Assembly (NCBI GenBank): GCA_951406725.2
Contig: OX597818.1
Span: forward strand, 7,936,001-8,000,000
DNA: 64,000 bases
DNA from: Octopus vulgaris
Taxonomy: Eukaryota
Direction of reading: 5' to 3'
Shown here: one piece after another, positions 53,928-64,000 of the stretch
Layout: each line of letters starts with the position of its first letter
Numbering within the stretch: the stretch's first letter is position 1
The notes under the pieces: model-generated
Seen by the model: the letters and a program-made list of their open reading frames with translations, nothing else
Database searches by the model: none
Told to the model about the DNA's origin: nothing
Made by a program: the position numbers and the translations under genes

Positions 53928-55929
53928 TACGCATCTAATTCTGTTATTGTGTGTAAAGAACTACAAATTATGATGTACACTTCTATTTTTAATTTGGTAC
54001 TACGATATATAACTGAAGAAGATTCGGTGAGTAGTTTTAGCGAGTCAAGCTATCTATCACATCTAAGTGATGGCTCTGCTGACTACAAAGAAACTCTTCC
54101 AAGTCATTCTGTTTGGCTCTTAACCTTTAAAAATCTGCTATTCATGCCATATTATATTATCATCCGAAGAGTGTTATAGCATTTCCAAAGAAACTTTTAA
54201 TTTGTGAGACGGTGCTTTCAGGAAAATATTATTCTTCATATATAAGTTCAGAACTAAATTATATCTACTCTTCAATGCAACTTAATGTTTTCAATTTCAG
54301 TTCGAATTTTCTTTATTCAGATTTCTTAATACTATCACCATTACGAAACTGGTGTTATATTAAATGATTAAGAAGAAAGAGACTAATTGACTAATACCAA
54401 CACTCACTATATGGTATTTACCATAAGTGTGAAAAAAGATTTACACAATACGATATGATAAGATATACATATTATCATCTTATTCTAATTTTTTTTTATT
54501 CACATTATACGATAAATACTCGTGATATTTTTCCGTGAAAAATATCTGATTTTATAAAGATTCCTTATCAGACTACCATTTAATTTTATGTTCTTAATTT
54601 CACTTTTCTAAGCGAGTCATCTCAAAATACTGATAACATTTATTCTTCTTCTAAGACATTTTTTCCAAATTTTTTATTACGCATTTTTATTTAGATTTCT
54701 AGAATTTTTCTCGTTTTTACTTTATTAGTTTCATTTTTGCACGTTTCTAAAATATCAATACTCACAACCTTATCTTTTAGTTCATGAATAAACATTCTAT
54801 ATTTATTTACTATACACCAGACTGATATTTGCCATTTCAAAACTGATGTTTAACCACTATAATTTTTAAATATTGTCAATATGACTACACCTTTCCATAC
54901 AAAATCTCAACTGGTTCTTTAGACAAGTTATTTCTAGAGATATCATCTTGTGTTTTGTCTAATTTTCCCCTTGTGTATGCTCTTTTTCTTTTCGATATAT
55001 TATTATCGCTTCTAAAAGAGAGTAATTTTGAATTCAATAAGGAAACAAATACCAATTACGAAAGCACATATGCCACCTATCACTCTTTATATATATATTT
55101 CTCTCCGTATCTCTCAGCCTCCATCCATCTTCCTCTTCCCTCTCTCTCAGATATTCATCGCACTCTTTCTCTTTCCCTTTTTTGTCGTTCCTTCTGAAAA
55201 TGGTATTTTATGATTAAAAAATCTTACTTTTCTAGAATAATGGAAATTCTCCCTTCAATTGAATTCAAGTACATATAATAACATGACCGTACGCACTTTT
55301 GCTCTGTGTTCGCTCCAATCTTCAATTCTAACATCTCCTGGCATAAAATACATAGAATTTTAAGGATTAAAAGTAATTTATAATAATTTTAATGTATTTT
55401 TATGCTTATTGGCTTGGCAGAATAGAAATAATGCATTCAACCCAAGCTCTCTCAATCAAATGTACTTTTACAAATATATTCATTTCTATGCAATTTGTGT
55501 ACTGCATATTGCCAGAAACGAACTAATTTCAAGCTATTGCGTTTTATTTTTGTCTCATTGACACTTTACCAACCAGGACTGTCAACGGCTTTCGTTATAT
55601 TTCACAGAAAGTACCGTAGCTTTGACAATACCACCTTCGTACTTCTCACTGTTGAATTAACCAAGGATCAATCGCGCGTCGAATACGATGGTTGCATTAA
55701 CGTTTCTATTTTCCTAACTAGCTCTCGCTCTATCTAGATTTGGCCATCAATATTTCATTAATAAGCTTTATCAACTCCATTCTTATAGTATATTCCAGAG
55801 CTAGTTGCCGTTTGTTGTTGACGATTGATTCCTCAGCGCCCGTATAAATAGTATGCTTATCTTATTTCTGTAATCTTTGCGTGCTGTGGAAGATTCATTT
55901 AGCTTTCAGTACTCAGGAGCTCTCTATAT

Positions 55930-57230
55930 ATACTTTCAAAATGTGTTAAGATGGTGATGAGTCGATGAAAGTTTGTCATGATAGAAGGCATGTGTATGTC
56001 AAATGGTGAATTCATGAAGGCAACTGAACCTTAGTCCAGTTATAAATACCTGGGAATACTTGAGGCGGATAGAATTAAACTCAATGATATGAAAGTAAAG
56101 ATAGAGAAAGATTACCTGCGGCGAGGGAAGAAAACATTGTCTTCAAAGCTGAATGCCAGAATCATCATTTCGACAATAAGCTCACGCGCAGTATTTGAGT
56201 ATGACACTGAAATCCTGCGGTGGACAAAGAGGAGTTAAATGATTGGATTGGAAGTCAAGAAAGTTCCTAACGATGCGTAGAGCCCATCTTCCACATGCGG
56301 ACACTGATCACCTATACATCAAGAGAGCACACGGAGGAAGGAGACCGATAAGTGTGAAAGACTGCGTACGAATTTAACTCGAGAGCTTAATGAGGAAACA
56401 TTGCTAGTAAGGAAACATTGCTAGTGTCGATTAGGAATAAATGAGTGTTGAAAGGAGAGACAAAAGCAAAAACAAAGGAAGAAGTACAGGAATGACCTGA
56501 AGAAGCACTGCGCAAGAAGGGGCTGCACAATCACTTCCATGTAGCCACAACAGAAGTTACTGGAAAACATAGGTGGGATTGGCTGCAGAATGGTATTTGG
56601 CCACAAATTGGAGGGGCAACATTAGGAAGGAGCAATAGTTTGGATGAACCCATTGGCCATATTACGATTGAATGTCCTAGATTTACCCCAAGCCACTGCA
56701 AGTTGTAGCAACACGATCAGGTAGCGAGAGTGTTACATTGGAAACTATGCGAAAAGTGGGGACTAGAGAGAGGCAAGACATTGTATGAAGACAAAACGCA
56801 GTGAGTAGCAGGGACTTGTAAAATCCCCTGCGATTTCCCAATCCAAAGAGATCAGGTGCTAGAACTTAACAGACCGGACCTAGTGGTGGTGGACATGATG
56901 CACCACATATGCTATACAGTTTATTTTGCGTGTCACCTTGACCCACGAATAATCAAGCAGGAAGGCGAAAAATTGATAACTACAGCCCACTTAAGTACCA
57001 AATAGCCCGTCTATGGAAAATAAAGAAGGGCAAGATAGTGTCAATTATTATTGAGTCTTTGGGAACAGTGTCGGAAGGCATCAACTGGATTATACTGGAA
57101 TAATGAGGACAGTATTACACAGTCGAAACGAACAGATAGCATGGTACCGTAGGCTGTAGGAAGCAAATTCGCTAAGCATGCAAGACTCCAAAAGTTCCAA
57201 CAAAACTCGGGATAAAAAGAAATAATGATA

Positions 57231-57233
<3 letters not shown>
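55930..57233 (+). mobile_element. R4/Dong-clade non-LTR retrotransposon 3' fragment (post-RT region and restriction-like endonuclease)
   Basis: YKYLGILEADRIKLNDMKVKIEKDYLRRGKKTLSSKLN, DHLYIKRAHGGR, HDQVARVLHWKLCEKWGL and NRPDLVVVD (RLE PD motif). Ends in a TAA-rich tail. Confidence 0.85.
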
Positions 57234-57505
<272 letters not shown>

Positions 57506-57689
57506 CAGACATGGAACCTAATACAAATGCAAAACTCCAAATGTAATATCGACAAGTTCTGCTACCAAGAAACCAAGTGTGTCGGAGGCCTGCTAATTCC
57601 AGAAAAAACAATACGTACTGCGATATCAAGTTTGAAAATATTTGTTGCACCTATAAATATTCTAAGAGTTATTGAGACAGTTTGAGAAA

Positions 57690-58340
57690 TCAAAAATAGA
57701 ATGGAAAAAACTTGATTTATTGCTGGAAATAGAGGAAATACATGGCCAGTTCACACCAGAATCCGAGATATTGGAACTAAAGATCGATGATTGTGTCTGA
57801 CGAACGAAAAGCTGATACGTGAAACCAAATCGGTAAATATAACTCATCTGGAAAAAAAAAATCCATTACAACGAATTTCATGAAGGCAAGATCTGATAAA
57901 CTGCATCAGAGGGCAAGTGCAGAAATCGTGGGAACAAACACGAAAGCGTTAGCCATATCTTAATTGAATGCATTAAGCTAGTACAAAACCTATTAAAGCG
58001 AAGCCTTCAATGTGTAGGTAAAAAGGTATCGGGATGTTAACCGAATATGTGGATTGAACGTAGCAACAAATTGGTATAAATACGAGCCAAAGGTTGTCAT
58101 ATTCAACATTACAGGATTTTATGGGATTTCCATACTCTTCACGCAAGGACATCATATATCATTGAAGAGAAAAACCAAAAGGAAAGTACAGTGCAAGATC
58201 ATAGACTATGAAATAACATACGTGTAATAGACTGGATGTCAAAGAAATTCACAAAATTAAGAAACATCAGGGCCTAGCCAGTGAGATCTAAATCTAGTGG
58301 ATAACTAAGAAGGCATTCGTTTTGGTCTACTTGTGCACTT
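57690..58340 (+). mobile_element. second, older R4/Dong-like fragment
   Basis: Patches IHGQF, KCRNRGNKHESVSHILIECIKL (CCHC knuckle relic), WYKYEP, RILWDF, KCKIIDY and KIKKHQGLASEI. Confidence 0.7.
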
Positions 58341-58389
58341 CGCACAGCAAAGAAAGTGATAATAAGAAGCTTAAGGGACAATAAGAAAT

Positions 58390-58960
58390 TAGGGAGAAGA
58401 GGGGCTTAACACAAATATACGTGTATACAATAAAAACAATAATTAAGAAAAATATTTGAAGTTCGTCCCAGGGAAAACGAAGGAACCCCACTCATCCTGG
58501 TCACGCCGACCAGCAAGGGGACCCGAGGCAGGCATCTCTCTCCTCATTATCAACTCTGGCTTACATGTGTATATGCAGTGTAGGCCCATTCACACGGGCT
58601 ATCCCCGCCGTATTCACCCACATTTATAGAAATATACTCGAGTAGCGGACAGCACTTTCGTTTCACATCTCACTTTTCTTTTTAAGTGAAACCTGAAAAG
58701 GTCGATGAGATCTTGGCTGAAAAAGAAAATATCTCTCTTCAAACCTTCCAATCTCGTCCACCACACTAGTTCTTTCGCCATAGTCACTAGACGCAGGAAA
58801 ACCTCCTTCCCTTCCAATCCAAAAGTAGGTGATGGGACGATTACCACGATGGACTCGGTTGAATACCGGATCCGTCCTACACGTGTCAAGCGCAGTTCAA
58901 TATATATTACGGTTACTGCATGACAAGGAAACAGTCCACGCTCGAAACCAACAAGTAAAA
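58390..58960 (-). mobile_element. Tx1/L1-like LINE 3' fragment
   Basis: VFLRLVTMAKELVWWTRLEGL...SQDLIDLFRFHLKRKVRCE resembles the C-terminal segment of the 50394-51656 element (SGQELVNFFSYLLSSKI). Confidence 0.65.
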
Positions 58961-60329
58961 CAAACATGTATGCACAATTCAGTTACGTATTGAGAAATAT
59001 GGAAAACGATTTACAATAATGGCAGAACAGAGTCATTTTCGAGATGTTCGGCTATTATCGGTATTTCGCAGGAGTAATGCATCCCTGACCGAAAATAGCC
59101 GTATGCCACAGAGATAGGACGTGAAATCGCCCCATCCCAGTCTCCGACACACCACGGGCTTCGTAGTGTTTCGGCAAATACTACTAAAATACCGTAAACA
59201 TTTATTTGGATTCGAGTAGCATGCGCTTATCGCGGCCTGTCAAAGACCGAATTGTGATTTTATTTCCATAATGTACCTCCGCCATTGGACCCATTACATT
59301 GCTTTCATTTCCTCATGTCTTAGCGAACCGTGCCTTACCTCTGACAACGCAAACTTTGTGCTTGGAAATAAAGAATTGATAGAGACCCAAGCACAACGGT
59401 CATTATGCCTGTAGTAGTACCTCTTCTAGCCTCCTAACTAGGCTTCTCCTATATTCTAGATTCCTCTCATGCTATTTCTCTACTAAAGCCTAAACCTCAT
59501 CCCTAATAACTCTTTGCAGAGATATTGGTTGTTGACGACTGCCCCCGACAAATTCCGATGGACCGGCTTGCTAATCTGAGAGGCACAAAGTATAGTTTGA
59601 GTGGGACAAACTAAGAAACAAAATTCATTTCCCTTAACTTAGTGTGAAAAAAGATTTACACAATACGATATGATAAGATATACATATTATCATCTTATCT
59701 TAATAGACTAGTTTTTTAGTTCGGATATTTTGTACGGTGAGGAATTGGGATTTCGTGAGGTTGTGCGGTAGAGTAGAGCGTTTATCTAGGATATTAAAAA
59801 TGGATCGTTTAAGTTTAATTGGTTGACTGTTGAGTTCGGGGTTGTGTGGAGGAGGTGGAAGACGAAGAAAGCAGAAGGAGGAAGACGAGGGAAGCAGAAG
59901 AAGGAGGTGGAGAAAGAGAAGAAGAAGAAGAAGAAGAAGAAGAAGAAGAAGAAGAAGAAGAAGAAGAGAAGAAGAAGAAGGAGGAGGAGGAGAAAGAACA
60001 AGAACCGATGATGAAAATGATGACAATTGCGATAGCTTAGAAGAGGAGTGAGACGAGGTGAGCCTTAGGGCCCTACACGAAATGCTGTAAAAATGTGGCC
60101 AGTAGGAATATTTTCGTACAATTCGAATTAGACCTTCCCACCAGAGCCAAAGCCGCATACACACAGAATGAGACGATACGCATAAGAGACAGATGCATTG
60201 AAGTAACCGACACAGCTACCAACACCAAACTTTTCCTCAGGAACTTGGCAAAAAACGACTATACGTCATTTACAGCTCAACGTCTGCATCCACGAAACAC
60301 AATAGCGAATAAACAAGTGCTTCCTTAGA

Positions 60330-61012
60330 TAACCATAATTTGACGAGAGAACAACAACGTTTATTGAACATGCCACCCGCTGGGAGGGACTTAATATACA
60401 TTTGATACATCCCAGTCCGTCCCTGATAAAGTATGTTGTCTGGATGGAAAGATGCAGTTTCTTATTCTTATTTGCTTTACCAGTAACATAATGTAAAAAT
60501 AGTTTGAGCGTCTTATTGTTTATTATGCTTGTTTTCAAACTGATCCCATCTCCAATTTGAGAAAATAACTTGTCCGGACAATCCTCGCACATCTTTGAAG
60601 CATACAACATTGTATTTTTCATATCTAGTATTGAGTTTAAGCTTTCCTCCACATACAATGTGTTTCCCATTAAAATGAAATGAAATCCTCTTCACCGCTT
60701 TGGAGATAATTTTGCTGGAAATTATCATTACTGAAGTGGTTCTTATCGCCAGAGGTGGATCTTCTTCACAGCAAATGTATCACAAAAAGTGTATCACGAC
60801 CTTTTGCATCTATTCTATACTTATCTTTGCAAATGAATGTTGTACTTCTATGAATAAAGATTTCAATAATATCCTACACTGCTTCTCATGCTGATATTGT
60901 AAGTTAGTCTCTATTTCTTTTACCTCCTCGATGTTACCACCTAATGTATGAGGGATAGCGAGTTTCTGGATCTCCAGCTTGACAACAGGAAATGAACAGT
61001 TATTCCAGAGTA

Positions 61013-61015
<3 letters not shown>
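60330..61015 (-). mobile_element. decayed PLE endonuclease region
   Basis: KNTMLYASKMCEDCPDKLFSQIG resembles N.IY.I.C..C...YIGQTG of PLE GIY-YIG domains. Confidence 0.45.
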
Positions 61016-61063
<48 letters not shown>

Positions 61064-61204
61064 TTTATAAACAAGGACAAAAGAAAAAAAAAGTTTCGAA
61101 TGTCAAATATGCCGAAAATAGACACTTCGTCAATAAACATATAATTTATCACTATAAGTACGTGTTTCGAAGAAAGCCGACAGAAATTTCGAGAAAAAAT
61201 TCCG

Positions 61205-61268
61205 TTATTACCATATCGGACCTGATTTCAGAGTTAAATCATAACAACCTTCTCTTCATCAGTGATAA
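61205..61268 (-). ncRNA. type I hammerhead ribozyme motif (inverted copy)
   Basis: UUAUCA-CUGAUGA-AGAG...CUCU-GAAA-UCAGGUCCGA-UA^UGGUAA. Core intact; stem III shortened by one substitution. Confidence 0.72.
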
Positions 61269-61589
61269 ATGCGGCAAAGGAATAAATGAAATATTTATAC
61301 CCATGGAAGAAACAAACACTAACAAAATAGAAATTCTCCAGCACACCTCGAGACACGTGCGATTCGAACTGAAAACTTTTACAGAGTGATTGAGTCCGGA
61401 AGTGAACACTATTAAATTTACATCTAATATAGGATAAATTTTTCGAAAAAATTCTATCAATGGCCAGCAAATTAAAAAAAATACCTATTTCAATTTTGGT
61501 TATATTTGGGGTACTTAATTGTGCTCATGCCTTAGTGTTTGCTTCTTCCAATGGTATAAGTAAGTATTTCATTTATTCCTTTGCCACAT

Positions 61590-61650
61590 TTATCACTGAT
61601 GAAGAGAAGGTTCTTCTGAATTAACTCTGAAATCGGGTCCGATATGGTAA
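61590..61650 (+). ncRNA. type I hammerhead ribozyme with complete core
   Basis: Stem I UUAUCA/UGGUAA; CUGAUGA at 61596-61602; stem II AGAG/CUCU; GAAA at 61629-61632; stem III AUCG(GGUC)CGAU. AUA cleavage triplet, cut after 61644. Confidence 0.82.
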
Positions 61651-62354
61651 TAATGGATTTTTTTTTAGAAATTTCTGCCAGCTTTCTTCGAGACACATAC
61701 TTATAGTAATAAATTATATGGTTATTCACGAAGTGTCTATTTTCGGCATATTTGGCATTAGAATTTTTTTTCTTTTGCGCTTGTTTATAAATTGTTTATA
61801 AATTTAATATTTAAAGGTATTTTTTAATATGCTGGCCATTGATAGATTTTATTTCGAAAAGTTTTATCCTACATTAGATGTAAATTTAATGGTTTTCACT
61901 TCCGGACTCTCTCATTCTGTGAAAGTTTTCAGTTCGAATTGCACGTGACTCGAGGTGTGCTGGAGAATTTCTATTTTATATTTGGGGTACTTAATTGTGC
62001 TCATGCCTTAGTGATTGCTTCTTCCATGGGTATAAGTAAGTATTTCGTTTATTCTTCTGCCGCATTTATAACTGATAAAGAGAATCTTCTTATGAATTAA
62101 CTCTGAAATCGCGTCCGATTTGGTAATAAAGGAATTTTTTTGAAATTTCTGCCGGCTTTATTCGAGACACGTACTTATAGTGATAAATTATATGTTTATT
62201 GACGAAGTGTCTATTTTCGGCATATTTGGCATTAGAAAAGTTTTTCTTTTGCCCTTGTTTATAAATTGATAATAAATTTAACCTTTAAAGGTATTTTTTA
62301 ATATGTTGGCCATTGATAGAATTTTTTTCGAAAAATTTTACCCTATATTAGATG

Positions 62355-62393
<39 letters not shown>

Positions 62394-62398
<5 letters not shown>

Positions 62399-62510
62399 CA
62401 TCACGTGACGGACCAGACGATCAGATGTTGTTACACATCGCTGGTCACAATGCGTTCGCATTGTTTTAGTCTTCGAATGACGCCACCCCGCTGGCTAAGC
62501 GAGCAGGCCA
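62394..62510. mobile_element. probable SINE fragment
   Basis: GC-rich ~115-bp island between (TA)n runs. Resembles a SINE 3' portion from recall only. Confidence 0.4.
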
Positions 62511-62759
62511 ATATATATATATATAGGTATATGTGCATATATATATATATGTATATACATATATGCATACACACACTTGGTGTCGACTTACAGCACGCAC
62601 AGAATCACAAAGAAATAAACGATACCATGAAGAGTGCACAAATCGTGATTGGCGTTCTTGTAACTGACCTTCATTTTACTTTTTCTGACATATATGGTCG
62701 TACAACTTTATGGGTAAGTCTCATATATTATAAGTTTAGTTTTCTAATACCACAGATTT

Positions 62760-63180
62760 GCTTGTCAGTTGTTTGACCGTAACCAGTTGAGCATGTCCCT
62801 TAGTGGCTGACGATATGTGCATCTCTGATCACGAGCAGAAGTAGTGGGGGTGCATTATAGCCGTGTGTTGAGAGGGATTCTTTGGGGTTTGAATAATTCA
62901 CCTCTGGAAACATGAGTGCTACGTTCAACATCCTTAAACAACCCTTATTCAGGGACCTTTTGAGCGGGATGGGCTACTCAACCTGAAGAAAATTCTAACT
63001 GGGCCCCTCCTGCAAGGTCATGTGCTGTTTATCTTGATATGAGATCACCACGTCGCGCAAATATGGTTGTGATGCATGTGCCTGGTGTACCCTTATCAGA
63101 CGGGTAGTCATGATGGGTATACTGGGCTTCGTATATTTTACCCCAGTGTCACTTTGATGGCATGAACTGCTCTCTCACTC

Positions 63181-63250
<70 letters not shown>
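62760..63250 (+). mobile_element. retroelement 3' end with an (AAT)n tail
   Basis: GC-richer ~420-bp block ending ...CTCTCTCACTC followed directly by (AAT)n at 63181-63250. No ORF. Confidence 0.5.
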
Positions 63251-63696
63251 TGTACTTTAATGGAGAAAGCTACTTATTAATTAGGTGTGCATCATTTACT
63301 AAAAGTACTATGAGAAAGCAATTATTAAAGGGTTGACCGTCTGGAAATAATTTTACAAATTCATATTCTACGAAACTTCCTATAATTTCGATTTCTCAAG
63401 TTTATTGAATTTTTTATTCCAATTTCCCGCCAATTTTAACTTTCATTGCATTCACTGCGTCCAATTCTTCCAAATTTAAATATTTATTGCATTTTCATTT
63501 GCGAAATCCCTCGTGTTGTCCTTTGATGTTTTCATTTCAAGTTTTAATTCGCTATTTGGAAAACCGACAGTTTATCCTATAAATATATACGTAATGTAAA
63601 CACATTTTTTACTCAATAATTTTCGTAAAAAAATTAATTGATTTTGTTGTTATGGCTGTTTGGAATTCTATAATTCTTACAACATAATTATTCAGA

Positions 63697-63885
63697 TGGC
63701 GGGGAGCTGGCAGAAACTTTAGCATGCCAGGCAAAATGCTTAACAGTATTTCGTTTCACTTTACGTTCTGAGTTCAAATTCCCCCGAGGTTCACTTTGCC
63801 GTTCATCCTTTCAGGGACGATAAATGAAGTACCAGTTGCGTACTGGGGTCGATCTAATCGTCTGCTCCCCTCCCTAGAGTAGAAA
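63697..63885 (+). mobile_element. tRNA-derived SINE, family A
   Basis: GGCGGGGAGCTGGCAGAAAC...GAGTTCAAATTCC...AAGTACCAGTTGCGTACTGGGGTCGAT...CCTAGAGTAGAAA. Confidence 0.88.
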
Positions 63886-64000
63886 TGCCTAATAACTATC
63901 CGAACCGATTTTGGTAATTTTCCTATTTAAGTTAAAAAACATGAAAGGGGCATTTTCTGTAAAAAGAAAATAAAACATTGGAAATATTTTCAGAGGAAAA

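Larger units (their letters stand above)
61064..62356. repeat. HHR-containing ~476-bp unit: one inverted copy (61064-61487) plus 1.8 tandem copies (61501-61976, 61977-62356)
   Basis: TATATTTGGGGTACTTAATTGTGCTCATGCC recurs at 61501 and 61977. 61064-61487 is the reverse complement of the unit. Bounded by (TA)n on both sides. Confidence 0.93.

Overview
AT-rich, microsatellite-dense eukaryotic non-coding DNA (intergenic or a large intron). The SINE families and repeat make-up resemble an octopus/cephalopod genome; that is an inference from recall, not a search result. No intact host protein-coding gene is recognisable, and almost every ORF in the track is a microsatellite translation or a transposon relic. 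The window holds Penelope-like elements (PLEs; one with RT plus GIY-YIG domains), mariner transposons and MITEs, RTE, Tx1/L1, R4/Dong and CR1-like LINE fragments, and several tRNA-derived SINE families. The most notable signal is a dense set of type I hammerhead-ribozyme (HHR) motifs from several unrelated sequence families. These include a ~476-bp HHR-bearing tandem plus inverted repeat at 61.1-62.4 kb (retrozyme-like) and a ~780-bp palindrome at 22.0-22.8 kb with an HHR in each arm. Also present: a recent fold-back duplication, an exact 58-bp dispersed duplicate, a SINE trimer bounded by one target-site duplication (TSD), and a possible ancient NUMT.
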